DNA of 64,000 nucleotides from Octopus sinensis (GCF_006345805.1 NC_043000.1:25668001-25732000), one strand, 5' to 3'; positions 11,688 to 26,489 are shown, numbered from the stretch's first letter. The notes: a model not told the origin generated them from the letters alone. Made by a program: numbers and translations.

Positions 11688-11902
11688 AGGCGGCGAGCTG
11701 GCAGAAACGTTAGCACGCCGGGCGAAATGCTTAGCGGTATTTCGTCTGTGTTTACGTTCTGAGTTCAAATTCCGCTGAGGTCGACTTTGCCTTTCATCCT
11801 TTCAGGGTCGATAAATTAAGTACCAGTTACGCACTGGGGTCGATGTAATCGACTTAATCCCTTTGTCTGTCCGTGTTGTTCCCCTTGTGGGTAGTAAAGA
11901 AA
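11688..11902 (+). mobile_element. SINE family B monomer
   Basis: Head plus one body. Confidence 0.9.
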
Positions 11903-14075
11903 ACTATAATCAATTTATAATCTACATCATTAGCATAAAAATGTAACCGAACAGACAACGCCGCCATGCAAGACGTTAGACTAACAGTTTAAGGGGAGAT
12001 AATCCTCTTCAACTCTAAAACTTGTTCTGCCCTAATGAAAAATATTACGCTCAAACACCTTATATTTTAATGTCGAGACAATGCTAATTAGTAAATCAAG
12101 CTGATAGTAAACTATAAAATATTTCTTCATGCATTGAAGGCAATTTTAATGTGCAAAGCCTCAGCTGCAAATATTTGAAATGAAAGTTATTTTATTTAAT
12201 TTTATTCTCAAACACCTGCTTATGTTTATTTAAGTGTGTTATTATTATTTTTTTTTGTTTAATCACCACAGTACTACGTAATCATGAATATCATCATCAT
12301 CATCGTCTTATGTATAGATATGTTTGTTTCTGTACTAGCAGGCTTCAGATGAACTTACCTTAATACCAATTTCATATACTGACCTCTAACACCTCCCTAG
12401 TGCCACTAGTACATGGTCAAACCTGCCTGCTTGACCAATACCTTAATGAATATGACTCTGTTGCTTGTCTTATATTAGAATCTGCCAAAAATTGGAGAAG
12501 GACATCTTTTATGTCCTGATATATACTGGATTTTTGAAATCCCAGACTTTTAGGAACAACTAGTATCAACCGTGACAGGATTTAAAACCTAATAACTAAA
12601 CTAAAATAATTTATACTTACTAACTTGATGGTTCAAACTAAACTATCTTGACTAACCAGACAGAGAGACAGACATACAAGTGGATATTTTCTTTCAGTGT
12701 TAAAATTATTTAATTTACAATTCATAATATTTTACAATGATGTAAGCATAATTCGAGAGTGAGTATAAAACCATTTGAATTAACAAGCAATTAAGGGATT
12801 GAATAAAAAGCTTAAAGTAGCAAACGATGAATAACCGAGTTATACAAAAAGACACACAACAAGGTGGTGGTGTTAGTGTGACCACATGAACAGGTTGGGT
12901 ACTTTGGTTACAATATTCATTTAATTTGGAGATGAAAGAAAAGTTCTTCTTTCCAAAAGTAAAATATGTTGTGAAGAAAGCACAAAATTAATCATTTTAT
13001 TATATTAATTAACAATGCCAACTTGTTACTTGTATTTCTGTATAACTTGATTCTTCTGTTTTGGATGGAAAATGCTAATAATGGGTGTTGATATGGATGA
13101 TGATGATGATGATGATATGGTGACGATGAGGATGATTGTAAAGATCAATCATATTTTCCATGCAATTCAAATAATTCTTTGCAAAGGTTCTCTATCATTT
13201 TTGACAAATGACAAATTTTAGGGAGTTTATTATTTATCTGGCCATGCTATTCAAACCAAAACAAAATTTAACATAACCCTTTCTTCACTCTTATTATATT
13301 TGAGGAAATTTAAAAATTCTTCATCTGTAAATCGAGTCTTCAATTACATTAATGGATATTTCAGAGTAGGTTGCTGTGATATTGTCACAATAATAAACAA
13401 AATAAGATTTTCAAGTTGACAAACTGTATTAAAGAATAAAGAACAAAAACATATAAAAGTAACTGAGAAAGGTCAAAAAATGTAAATATTTCGAGCTAGA
13501 CTTTCAAAGAATTACCTATTTTATTTTCAGGATTTTTGTAATAAAATATATTTTATTTATTTTTTTAAAACATAATAATTTACATTTTCTTCAATTTCTT
13601 TAACAGGGGCAGACAACTGTTCAGTTTATTTTTTATCCCAGTTTTACGCCTTGGCCAACGGGACAAGGTAGTTTTTATATGTCCATTACTAGTTAATATT
13701 TCTCAACTATTTTATAAACATTCTTTTTAATACCTCCACATCTTTAACCTTAAATATTATATATCTATATCATTGTTTAAGCCTATATTGTATATGAAAG
13801 TCTCGGTTTGACTATTTTGACATAGGCGCATATAACACACTGAGTTATTTCCCTTGAATTTTCTATCCTATTCTTTTGGAGATATCAATATTTCCATGCA
13901 TATATTTTGCTAGGAATGCGAAAATGTTTAAATATTGTCTTTTTATTCCCCATTAACCTTTGATGTACTGATAATTTTAATTCTCTATAATCACTTAAAC
14001 CTTTTGATATTTGAAATTAATCAGATTATATCCTGTAAATGAAAAGGAGAAAACAATTTCAAAATATATATATAC

Positions 14076-14107
<32 letters not shown>

Positions 14108-14879
14108 TTGCTAACTCTAACTATGTTATTATTTTTCTATATGATCATCAGTTAAAATAAAGAAATTCTTCATTGCTAAACAACAAAATTATTTCTATAT
14201 TTTCTCCTTAATTATAAGATATATAATTTTTTACAATCTATTCTTAATTTTGAAAAGATTATAACATTTTAATAATTCTCAACTTTTGTCAAATTTATCG
14301 AGAAACTCAGTATCGTCAACAAACTTTGACTATCTTCAAGATCTGGTTTGTCAAAAAATTTACTGCCTTTTTCAAGAATTCTGCTGTTTATTTTGAGAAC
14401 ATGTCAAGAAACCTACTGCCATGCTCTAAATCTCTTGTTCTATCCAAAATTCTTCATTGACGTTTTAATAAACCCATTTTCCAAGAAGCGAAAACAATCT
14501 TGTAGCTTCATAAGAATTTATAACTTACCATTTTCATTTCCTGTCAGCAAGTTCCTTACCTTGATCGCAACTTTGTTAACCATTTTAGTATTTTATCAAT
14601 AATTCTTGTGTTCAGGATATCTGGTAATGTGTTCATGTCAATTCTATGAATCTGTGTGTTAAATAGCCTAGGGAGCTTCTCTCAAGTGACTATAGTATCT
14701 TGTCAATCCCTGAAAAGTATTGTTGATTTGATACTGATAATTTAATCAAGGATAAGATAAACATGAATTTATTTTATTGTATTTTATTGAGTAAAAAAGC
14801 AACATCTCATAATGTATAATGTTAAGAGCCTGTCTACAGTTTGAGGGCCGTCTTGAGCAAATTAATATTTAAATCTTGA

Positions 14880-15330
14880 AAGGCGGAAAACTGGTAGAAA
14901 CATTAGCATGCCAGGCAAAATGCTTAGCGGTATTTCATCTTTAAGGCGGCGAGCTGGTAGAAACGTTAGTACACCGGGCGAAATGCTTAGCTGTATTTCA
15001 TCTGCCACTACATTCTGAGTTCAAATTCCGCTGAGGTCGACTTTGCCTTTCATCCTTTCGGGGTCGATAAATTAAGTACCAGTTACCCACTGGGATCGAT
15101 ATAATCGACTTAATCCGTTTGTCCTCTCTGTGTTTAGCCCCTTGTGGGTAGCAAAGAAATAGGTATTTCGTCTGCCGTTACGTTCTGAGTTCAAATTCCG
15201 CTGAGGTCAACTTTGCCTTTCATCCTTTCAGGGTCAATAAATTAAGTGCCAGTTGCATACTGGGGTCGATCCAATTGACTGGCTTCCTCACCCAAATATT
15301 TCAGGCCTTGTGCCTAGAGTAGAAAAGAAT
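14880..15330 (+). mobile_element. SINE family B cluster (partial head plus dimer)
   Basis: Two heads, then two bodies; the last ends in the alternative tail ggccttgtgcctagagtagaaaag. Confidence 0.85.
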
Positions 15331-15509
15331 ATATTTTCATCCCTTCGGTTATAATTCCATATGATCAAATCAATCAACTGTGCTTCTGTTGCGCTTATAC
15401 AGAAACAGACTTAATACCTTATGAATTAGATAGCATAGAATATCAAATTTAATTATACTAATTATCAAATTTATTTATACTTAATGATGATGATGCTGGG
15501 AGTGTGACA

Positions 15510-15738
15510 TTAACCCTTTCGTTACTGTATTTATTTTGAGATGCTCTGTGTTTCTTTCAATTACTTTAAATATAACAAAGAATTTAGTAAAATAATTCAG
15601 TTATCATTAAGCTATTGTCAGGAACATAAATTGTGACTAAGGTTTGGTAGAAGATTTTAATTCAAAACTTATGAAAACAAGACATGTGTACTACAGAGCC
15701 AGAGTCAGTTTCAGCCGGGTTGGTAACGAAAGGGTTGA
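15510..15738. mobile_element. piggyBac-like MITE
   Basis: TTAA|CCCTTTCGTTAC ... GTAACGAAAGGG|TTGA: perfect 12-bp TIR with TTAA-type target. Confidence 0.75.
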
Positions 15739-16624
15739 AATAGAAAACTAAGATTTAAATGACTGCCCTTGAAAAATGATAATTTCAGATTTCTTTCTGG
15801 AAATGCTTCTAGTTTCAAGACTTTAAAGCAAGCAATGTTGTGTTTTTCCTGTTTCGGAATTAGAGAACATTGGGTTTATTTTCAAGCAAAAAAATCTTTT
15901 CTTGAATTGGATAGTTCTAGAACATACATATGTCCGTTAGCATTCAGAACACATATATCTCTGGAACATGCTCTCAAATGTCAAATTTTTATTTATTTAC
16001 ATTCTTTTGAATTAATCATGGATTATCTCATAGCTTCTAGATTTTGATGGAATTTATGTTTTTAGCAAGACATTGTCAGTTAGGTGCAAGAGGTCAGATC
16101 TGGCAGAACATAAAACAGGCTTGAACCAGCCAGTTTAAATGCTAAAAGAATTTATATCTAGATCATACTTAGTGCTTTAGAGAGTGTTGGGATAAGGGTT
16201 AAAATTTTATCTTGCTCAAGGTGACCCCAAACTGTAAGTGGATACTATTGGCATTCAGATATCATGGGATGTTATATTTTCATTAAATAAAATACAATCA
16301 TATTTCTCTCATTCTTCATTAAACTATCAATTATATATCAGAAACATTCTTGAAATTGGCAACATATAGTCACAGACTTCCATGTTATATCAATCAAAAT
16401 ACTTTGCTTCCCCCATTTCTCTCTCTCTCTCTGTCTCTGTGTTAGAGAGGTTCCCTAGGCCCTTGAGCTTAAGAAGTTTCAATAAAAACCAAGTGTCCCT
16501 TAAATCCTAACCTATTGCCTGAAATGAGGAAGGAGACATTAGGTAATAATACGCTTACAGACTGCTAAAACAAAGGTGGTAGGGACAGGACTTGAATGCT
16601 TTTGATCATCTGTTTAAACAATAA

Positions 16625-16945
16625 GGCTCTCCCTCTCTCTCCTTCTCCTCTCCCCTCTCTCTCGTCTATCTCTTTCATTCTCCTCTCTTTCATTACCTTT
16701 TTACTCTAACCCTCTCTCCTCTTCCCCTCATTACTTTTTTACATGCCCCCTTACTCTTCTCTCCCCATTACCTTTTTGCTCTCCCCCTCATTATCTTTTT
16801 GGTCTCCCCCCTCCCCCCTCATTACTTTTTTGCGCTCCCCCTCATTACCTTTTTGCTCTCTCTCCTCTCTCCTTCTCTCCCCCCTCATTACCTTTTTGCC
16901 CTCCCCCTCTCTCCCTCTTCTCTCCCCACTCTCTCTCTCTATGTA
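16625..16945. repeat. CT-rich minisatellite (ctcccctcattacctttttgctct-like unit, ~6 copies)
   Basis: Repeated cccctcatta(c)cttttt motif in a polypyrimidine tract. Confidence 0.8.
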
Positions 16946-17961
16946 ATTCTCCTCTCTGAAATTGTTGCATTTATAGGTATTGGATATGCTCAGAGATGGA
17001 CGAAAAGCTTTTGGCCTTAAAAGAATTGTCTGACAGCAATTTAAAAATATCAAACAGACCCAACAGACTAACAAATTGCATTTATATAATAACATTTCTC
17101 TGTTGTTGTTTAAACTGAGTAATAAATCCAGCTAGATTTGCTAATTATAAAAATTAATTTTCAATTTCCTCTGAAATCAAATTAATAGTCTTTAAGCTCA
17201 CTTTTAATGTAATATACTGACATGTATAACTTGGTTTGAAATATCAGTACATCTTTGCCACATGTTTTATGATCACATGGAGGTGCACACACACACACAG
17301 ATGGATATTCCTGAACAGACACACCAATATATACATGTACACATGTATTTCCATTTCATTTTAAATTGTCTGATCTATTTTCTTTATAAATGGAAAGAAA
17401 GGAACTTGCTGTTACAATTTATTTTGATCTAATTGTAAGCTCTGAATAAAAAATTAAAAAAAAAAGGAAAAAATGTATCTTCCATCTCGCAATTGTCAAA
17501 TTTAATAAGAAAAATGAAATGTATTTTTATTAGAGATAAATCTATACGATAACAATTTGTAAACAAAAGAGGTTCTTTTGTAAACAAAAATTATATTTGT
17601 ATTTATTTTGTTTATACAACAAACTGAGATCATTTCACGTTTCATAACTTGTCAATCTTTTAATCTCTTAACCCTTTAATTATGGCAGTTGTCAATTAGG
17701 GATTTACCAAAAGCATGCTGAGAGGAATGGAAGTCGTTAAGAAATGATGCTGATTGTCATAACATTTGTTTTTAATGTATGAAAATTCAATTTTTAAATA
17801 TTATAAATTTTTATATTACATTATTAATTCATATTACTAATTTTCATATTTTTTTAATTTTGCAACCAAGGTGATAATGCCCAAATATTAATTAATGTAC
17901 CTAAAAAAAAATAAGCAGTCAAAGGTTTGCATACATGTATGTGTGTGTATGTATGTATGTA

Positions 17962-18022
<61 letters not shown>

Positions 18023-18911
18023 GAATACAAAAATGGGACAAGAACGCAAAACATCCAGATAGATGATACAAAAAAGGAACAAGAAAAAACAAGGACGGGT
18101 CATTCGGAGTTTTCTTTCCTCAGTCGAGTTCCAGATTATCTTTGCAATTTCAGCTGGTTATACTCGAGATTGCTCCAATCTGGCCAGCCCCAAGGAAAAA
18201 CTAAGCAAAGTGCACTAGATTCCTTGGAAGAAAGCAGCGAATGTATACAAAAACAAGGATGGAAAAAAAATGGAGAAATGGTACACAAATACAAATGCAA
18301 ATAACAGGACATTAACAACAGGTGTCTTTCGACTAAGGACGAATCAGACCAATGTTACTGGAAAAAAATTATATTTGTTAAACATTATTGGTTGCTATAT
18401 TTCTTTAAACATTTGAATACATTTTAAAGAATTTACTTTTTATTTGTGTAAAGAAAATAATGCTGATGCCTGGTTACAAAATGTTTCATATATATATAAA
18501 TATATATCTATTTTCTTTTTTAAGAATGAAATCTTTATAATTAACCTTTTAGCATTAAAATTAGTCTATCAAATGTAATGCTTATGTATTCATGTTGTTT
18601 TGAACTAATCCTACATCAATCACACACACACTCACTCATATCACTCATATGTAATCAATCAAAATTCAGGAAAAGTGATAGTCAAAGTGTCTTTATTTAT
18701 ATGGAATAAATACTTTCCCATCTCTCACTTCTGATTTTTAAATTATCTTTACACTCCAGTTGCATTTCTTGGATTTTCAGGTGCAAAGTAACATTAACTT
18801 GCATTATAAACTTAAAAACTTAAATTTAATTACTATGTTACCTGATAGCCAAACACTAGCTGGAGTGCTTACTGTGAGTTACATTTGATTCTCTGAATCT
18901 ATTTTTTTTCA

Positions 18912-18948
<37 letters not shown>

Positions 18949-20261
18949 GAATCTAACAAAAAAAAAATTTTTGAATTTGTAGCAAAAATTCTTCATAAAA
19001 AAATGAATTCATTGTACAAAAATTAATTTATTTTACATTTTTACGAAAGTGTGCATTTGAACTAAGATATTTATGGTACAAATTTTGTATTTTGTAATTT
19101 TTATTAAAAAAGAATTATTCCCTCTCCTCTCCACATACTCCCCTCAGCAATATTAGAATACAAATTCTTAAAATTTAGAATTTGAAATTTAGATGTTTTC
19201 CAAGCTGTTTTCATTGTTTTCAATTTATTGACATTAAAAAAAATACCTTTTTGATGAAATTAAAATCATTCAACTTATATTTATTCACTTTTTTTAAAAA
19301 ATATATATTCATGATTTTAATATTAGGCAAGCTGGCAGAGTAGTTAGCACGCCCGGCAAAATGCTTATTTGTATGACGTCCATCTTTATATTCTGGGTTC
19401 AAATTCCACCGAAGTCAATTTTGCCTTTCATCCTTTTGGGGTCAATAAAATAAGGACCAGTTGAGCACTTCCCTTCCCTTCCCTTAAAATTGTTGGCCTT
19501 GTGCCAAAATTTGAAACCATTATTAGGTGTTAACCCCTTGCCTCTCCAAATTATTTTCACAAGTGTATCCTAAATGCCCATGCTTTTTTTTTTTATAGTT
19601 AATCCTTGTTTTATACATTCTGAATAATAAAAGCTTTCCTTTCATAAGTTACTCTGGTGGTTGAAAAAATGCCGGGAATGTGTATCGTATCTGATGCCAG
19701 GGAAATATATCTTGAGTATCACATGCGATACACAGGACAGGCAATGGTTAAATACTAATCTTCAGAAATGCCTAATGGTATTTCATCTGCCGTTATGTTC
19801 TGAGTTCAAATTCCACCGAGGTCGACTTTGCCTTTCATCTTTTCAGGATCGATTAAATAAGTACCAGTTACACACTGGGGTCGACGTAATCAACTCAATC
19901 CCTTTGTCTGTACTTGTTTGTCCCTCTATGTTTAGCCCCTTGTGGGCAATAAAGAAATAAGTGTTAAGTTAATGAAGACTAGGTCACACGATACATTTGC
20001 CTTAGATTGCTAACTAGTAATATAAATAATTTAGGATAATACCGTATTCTAAGCTTTCTTTTGACTCTGTTAGGTTAAATGAGTAGGAAAGTAAATTTTT
20101 AAAAAGGCCCACAAAAGCAAACCACACCCAAGCAATATAAAAATGCATATGAATATAAATAAATCATTATCATTCAAGAACTGAATTGCATCGCAACAAA
20201 CCTAACAAAATTGTTTGCAGACATTATTCAGTCTTGAAATTATAATTATTCTGCTCGTTTA

Positions 20262-20490
20262 ACCAATTAGCATTCAGGTTATTCTGTCAAATGTAATTCT
20301 TATTTATTCACGTTGTCTTGAATTAATCTTGAATTATCTCGGAGCTTTGAGATTTTGATGGTGTGGTCGTTTGGTTTTTAGAATGACATTGTAAGGTAGG
20401 TGCAAGAGGCGAGATCTGGCTGGTTTGAACATAAAACAGGTAAAATATTCAGGTAGGAGATGGCCAGTTTAAATGCTAAAGGGTCAAAAT
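20262..20490. mobile_element. piggyBac-like MITE family 2 (other pieces at ~15942-16150 and 18541-18610)
   Basis: Ends ttaacc..tagcatt / aatgctaaagggtcaa; internal homology between copies. Confidence 0.65.
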
Positions 20491-21090
20491 AATTGGGGAT
20501 GTGTATCAATTATGATGTGTAAACTCCATAGAAATATGTTCTGTGCATCACATGTGATACACAGGCAAAGGGTCGATATTGATGACAGTGGCAGAAATGT
20601 TAAGGGTGCATGTGGTAGTGGTGGTGTTGATGCTGGTGTTAATGATGTTAGAGTTTAAGGCAGTGAGCTGGCAGAATCGTTAGCAAGCTGGATGGGGTGC
20701 TTAGTGGTGTTTCACCTATTGCTAAATTCTGAGTTCAGATTCTGTCATGGTTGACTTTGCTTTTCATTCTTTTGGGGTCGATAAAATAAGTACCAGTTGA
20801 TCCACTTTGTTTGAAGCATTTGACTTAGCCCCTCCCCTCAAATTGCTGACCTTGTTCCAAAATTTGAAACCATTATTGATGTTAGAGTTTCTTGAAATCC
20901 AAGTAGAATCTAATGTTATGTTGGAAGAACATTTTTCTTTGAAAATGGTACAGCCATGGTTATGTGGTTAAAATGTTTGTTTCCAAATCAAATGTTTTTA
21001 GGTAGAGTCATGGCTGGATCAAGAACTTGCTTAATAAGGACTGACTTAGCATGGAAAAACTGGTGTAAAACAGAGTTCTGCCTAAAATGT

Positions 21091-21779
21091 TTAACCTTTT
21101 AGTATTTAAACATGTCATATTCAGCCGAAATATTCTACCTGTTTAATGTTCAAACTGACCAGATCCAGCCTCTCACACCTATCCTACAATATCATTCAAA
21201 AAATATATAATCACACTATTAATCAAATTTGATGACTGGCATCCGTGCTAGCAGGGTGCAAAGAGCATCATACGAGTATGATTGTTGACAGAACGGCTAA
21301 ATGGCTTCTGTGCCAGTGGCACATAAAAGGCACCATTCGAGTGTGATCATTACCAGCGTCACCTTACTGGCACTTGAGCCCCGTGCTAGTAGGGTGTTAA
21401 GAGCACCATCCGAGTGTGATCGTTGCCAGAGCGGCTAACTGGCCTCCATGCCGATGGCATGTGTAAAAAGATTCGAGCAAGGTCGTTGCCAGTACCACCT
21501 GACTGGTCCCGTGCCAGTGACACGTAAAAGCACCCACTACACTCTTGGAGTGGTTGGCGTTAGGAAGGGCATCCAGCTGTAGAAACTCTGCCAGATCAGA
21601 TTGAAGCCTGGTGCAGCCATCTGGTTCGCCAGCCCTCAGTCAAATCGTCCAACCCATGCTAGCATGGAAAGCGGACGTTAAACGATGATGATCTCATGAG
21701 ATAATCCATGATTAATTCAAAACATAGTAAATAAATAAACATTACATTTGATAGAGCAGTCTGATTGTTAAAGGGTTAA
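21091..21779. mobile_element. piggyBac-like MITE family 2, inverted, with nested SINE D
   Basis: TTAA|CCTTTT ... AAAGGG|TTAA; reverse homology to 20262-20490; interrupted at ~21236-21692. Confidence 0.65.
21236..21692 (+). mobile_element. SINE family D
   Basis: Tandem ~50-bp units, then gttggcgttaggaagggcatccagctgtagaaac and a (GAT)n tail. Confidence 0.8.
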
Positions 21780-22644
21780 CCTCACTTCTTTTCATGGCGT
21801 GAGTAATTGACTGTTTTACTAATTTTATTAATTGTCTTTTACCAACATAAATCCTCGTTAATTTCTGCAGATTCTTGTATTTTCCTTAACTTGGTTTACT
21901 CTGGTATATAAGTGTAATCAAGCAGTTTAATTACTTGGTCCATTATTTTGTACTTTTATTTTATTTCTCAACCATCCATCCATCTCCTCCGCCCACTATT
22001 CCTGAAAGGGTTGCAGGGGTAGGATCCTCAGGTGCCTTCCTCATAGGGCCCTATCAGCAGCAACCATCATTACACTTTCCAACTGAATTACCAAGCATGA
22101 CCAGCTGATACTGTGATTTATTATCAAACCATCTTGTTATTGGTCTACCCTTTTGTCTCCTTCTGATTAACATGGCTTGAAGAATTCATCTTGTGATTCT
22201 TTCTTGCAACATTCTAATCACAGGTCCTCAGTTCCAGAGCTGTGACCTCTCAATGCAGAGAAGTAGTTGCTCACATATGCCAGTGGATCTGGAAGGACAC
22301 CAAAGTAATCACAATCTGAGATGAGATGATAATCTGAGGTGATAATCCTAAATTTTTTTTTTAAAAAACAGGAGACAGGAGAGGTGGCTCTAATTATGAG
22401 GAATTGTCGCATTAAGCATCCCTAGTATACATTAGTGTCTGGAAAAGAGATGTAGGGGAATTGTTGATCCCAAGCTGGAGCACAGTGTGGCTTCCACCTT
22501 GGATGCAGCACAACTGATCTATTTTATTATTCTTTTAAGGAAATCAACCAAAAGGATTACGTATTTTCACAAGAACATTCTAATTTGGGGCAAAACCCCC
22601 AAATTTCATATGACTTTTTTATTATTCAGAAAGTAAACATGGCA

Positions 22645-23005
22645 CCCATGCCAGTGGAGCACTAAAAGCACCATCCGAGCGTGATCGCTGCCAGAGCAGC
22701 TGACTGGCTTCTGTGCCAGTGGAACATAAAAAGCACCATTCAAACATGATTGTTACCAGCGTCGCCTTACTGGCACTTGTGCCAGCAGCATGTGATAAAA
22801 AAGTTTCAAGCGAGGTCGTTGCCAGTGCCGCTGGACTGGCCCTCATGCTGGTGACACGTAAAAGCACCCACTACACTCTCAGAGTGGTCGCCAGATCAGA
22901 TTGGAGCCTGGTGCAGCCATCTGGTTCACCAGTCCTCAGTCAAATCATCCAACCCATGCTAGCATGGAAAGCAGACGTTAAACAATGATGATGATGATGA
23001 TGATG
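22645..23005 (+). mobile_element. SINE family D
   Basis: Same structure with a (GAT)n tail. Confidence 0.8.
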
Positions 23006-24044
23006 AATCTTAGTAAGGACAAACTTTTAATGTCAGTTCGTGACCTGCTACCCACCTTCCACCCAAAGACACACCTTTATATGATCAGGGTGGTATTCAT
23101 TGCATTTAGTTATTTTTTTATAAATTACGTTTTTTATCTTCTTTGGATGAATAATTAATTATAAAAAGATATTTTTTCTGAAAACAGCTTTTTTTTTTTT
23201 TTTGATAAAATCAATTGAATTGACAAGTTCAAAGTAAATAAAAGAAATCATAATCATTCTCACAGACATGTATACACATACACACACAATTCCATATCCT
23301 GACCATTAACATCCTTTTTTTTTTTCTATTATAATCCCTACTTCCCACAAAACGAAGTCATCCACCATGTTAGAAACAGCAGCCAAATCTGCCTCATATC
23401 AGCCTACCATCTTAAAGAAATAAAAGGCTATGTTACTTTGGATAAGGATATAGTTTTGGATAGACGAGCCTGGAAAAAAATATGTAGGATGGTCACTAGT
23501 GGATTATCTTTTGATCATAAATCTATTTGATGAAGACTGACCTCAGGCTAAAAACCCCACAACAACAGCAACAATAACAACCTCTGCTCAGCCACTTTAT
23601 ACTATAAACATTGATTTATTAATATTCTATGTCCACTCTATGTATCTCGCAACACTACTATAACAGCCTCTGCTCCTATGAACTTATCAAGTAACAACAC
23701 TTCCATTCCACCAGTCTCTCCCCCACCACTTCTGTTTTCTTCAAGAACAACAGTTTTTAACCTGGGAGAAATCACCACCACCATAGGGTGGAGGGGTAAA
23801 ATTTGGGGGATTTCAGCATGGAACCAGAATCCCACTTTTTTATGGTCCTGATTCTCGGTCAACATAATTTCACTTCCCTGACCCCTTTGGTTGTCTTTGA
23901 GAAAAATGTGCTCTTTTTTTCACATCATTTCCTTCCCCTGAAAGATAGACACTTTGTGCCTAGTCAAATATTATCAGATTTTTATGGGAAAATACCTTGT
24001 GGTATTATAATCCTATCCTTTTAGCTTTTTGCTTCCTTCTTTTA

Positions 24045-24392
24045 CTTGTTTTAGTCATTAGTTTGTGGCCACACTGGGGCAGCGCCTTGAGAAATTTTAG
24101 TCAAACGAATTGACCCCAGTATATACTTTTTTGAAGCCTGCTGCTTATTCTATCGATCTCTTTTGCCAAACCACTAAGTTACAGGGACGTAAACACACCT
24201 ACACCGGTTGGTGAGGGACACACACACACATATGATGGGCTTCTTTCAGTTTCCATCCACTAAATCTACTCACGATTCTTTGGTCAGCCCAAGGCTGTTG
24301 TAGAAGACACTTACCCAAGGTGCCACACGGTACTGAACCCAGAACCATGTGGTTGGGAAGCAAGTTTCTTACCACTCAGTTACACCTGCGCC
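24045..24392 (-). mobile_element. SINE family A, older copy
   Basis: Homology to family A. Confidence 0.85.
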
Positions 24393-24619
24393 TTTTTACA
24401 TTCTGTGTTCAAATCCTGCCTAGGTCAACTTTGCCTCTCATCCTTCTGGGCTCGATAAAATAAAGTACCAGTACTTGATGTAACCCACCCAAGTACTGTT
24501 TAACCCCTTCCCTCAAATTTCAGAGTACATGTGTTTCAGTAGAATCTTTAGTTCATCAGACAAATATTTATCCAACTCTTTATTGTACTGTGTTCAAATC
24601 CTGCCATGGTAAACTTAGC

Positions 24620-25209
24620 CTTTGATTTTTTTTTTTAGGCGGGGAGGGGGTTCAATAAATTAGGTGCCAGTCAAGTACTGGGGTCAATGTAATCATCTAA
24701 TTCCTTTCCTTAAAATTACAGGCCTTGTGCCAAAATTTAAAACCATTATTATTATTATTATTGATGGTGGTTTAAGCAATATTATATTTAGATAATAACA
24801 CGAAATAATTTTATTAAAAAATTTTTTTTAATTATAATATTAATTAATAAATAATGAATACAGAATTATTATTATTATTCAAGGCAGTAAGCTGGCAGAA
24901 ACATTAGCACGCCGGGTGAAATGCTTAGCGGTAGTTCATCTGTCTTTACATTCTGAGTTCAAATTTCACAGCAGATGACTTTGCCTTTTCTTTCGGGGTT
25001 GATAAATTAAGTACCAGTTACGCACTGAGATCGATATAATTGACTCATTCCCTCCCCCCCAAATTTCAGGCCTTGTGTCTATAGTAGAAAAGATTATTAT
25101 TATTATTGGTGGTGGTTTAAGCAATATCATCTTCAGATAATCACATGAAATAGTTTGAAAAAAAAAATAGAAAAAATTATAATATTAATTAATAAATAAT
25201 GACTACAGA

Positions 25210-25259
<50 letters not shown>

Positions 25260-25500
25260 AGGTGGTGAGCTGGCAGAATCGTTAGCCTGCCAAGCAAAAT
25301 ATTTAGCGCCATTTCGTCCGTCTTTATGTTCTGGGTTCAAATTCCACCAAGGTTGACTTCGATTTTCATCCTTTCAGGGTGGGGGGGTCAATAAATTAAG
25401 TACCGGTTATGTACAGGGGTCAATGCAATTGAATAGCACCCTTCCCCCAAATTTCAGGCCTTGTGCCTTTAGTAGAAAGGATTATTATTATTATTAGTGA
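24620..25500 (+). repeat. Local tandem duplication of SINE B plus ~130-bp AT-rich spacer
   Basis: Spacer ggtggtttaagcaat...gaattattatt at ~24765-24880 and ~25108-25260, each followed by a B SINE. Confidence 0.7.
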
Positions 25501-25692
25501 AACTAGCAGAATCACTGGAGTTATCAGGAAAAAATGCCTTACAGTATTTGTATTGGTAGTTTACATTTTAAGTTCAAATCCCACCAAGGTCAGCTATGCA
25601 TTTCAATAGAATACCAGTCATGTAGTGAGGTTTATACAATGAGCTTGCCCCTCCTTTCAACGTTGCTGCCTTGTGCTTATCGTAGAAAGAAT

Positions 25693-25856
25693 TATTATTA
25701 TTAATTATCATTATTATTATTATCGTCATTATTATTATCATTATTATTATTATTATCATTATTAATTATCATTATTATTATTATTATTATTATTAATTAT
25801 CATTATTATTATTATTATTATTATTAATTATCATTATTATTATTATTATTATTATC
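25693..25856. repeat. (ATT)n microsatellite
   Basis: Direct inspection. Confidence 0.95.
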
Positions 25857-26442
25857 AGATGCTTTATTGCAGTGAAGTGGGCTTGTAATTGGTTTGAATC
25901 GCCAGCTGGAAATGCATGTCACCTCCCTAATGGTTAAATGTAAAATCCTTATTGTTGTAATTGAATTATTTGGTATGATGAATTTCCCAGGAGTTAAAAA
26001 TCCACAGACATGTTTCCGTTTTCTTCCATTTTCCAAAACTGCTTCGTTTTAGTTGCTGAAAAATCCCTGGAGGAAACTCTTTGAACGTCACACATATTCC
26101 CATCTTTTTATATTTGATATTCCATGTTTCGGTAAGCAACCGCGTATATTTATTTATGTGTTCTATGGTGATATTGAAAATATACGAATAAATGAATATG
26201 TGTGTATTTCGAGTCTTTGTCTTTATTTTTTTAATATTTTAATGTTTTTGTCATTTGGCTGCGGCCATGCTGGAGCATTGCCTTTAGTCAAACAAGTTGA
26301 CCCCAGGACTTAGTCTTTGTAAGCCTAGTACTTATTCTATCGGTCTCTTATGCCGAATCACTAAGTTATGGGGATGTAAACGCACCAGCTTCGGTTGTCA
26401 GGCGATGTTGGGGGGGGGGGCAAAGACACAAATATATATACT

Positions 26443-26488
<46 letters not shown>

Positions 26489-26489
26489 T

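Noticed and set aside
12850-14709. Idea that in-frame TGA/TAA here reflect recoding (selenocysteine, UGA-to-UGG editing or an alternative code)
   Set aside because: All three stop types and a frameshift occur, no homolog or SECIS was recognised, and the decayed RTE shows the same TGG-to-TGA change. Ordinary decay or chance is sufficient.
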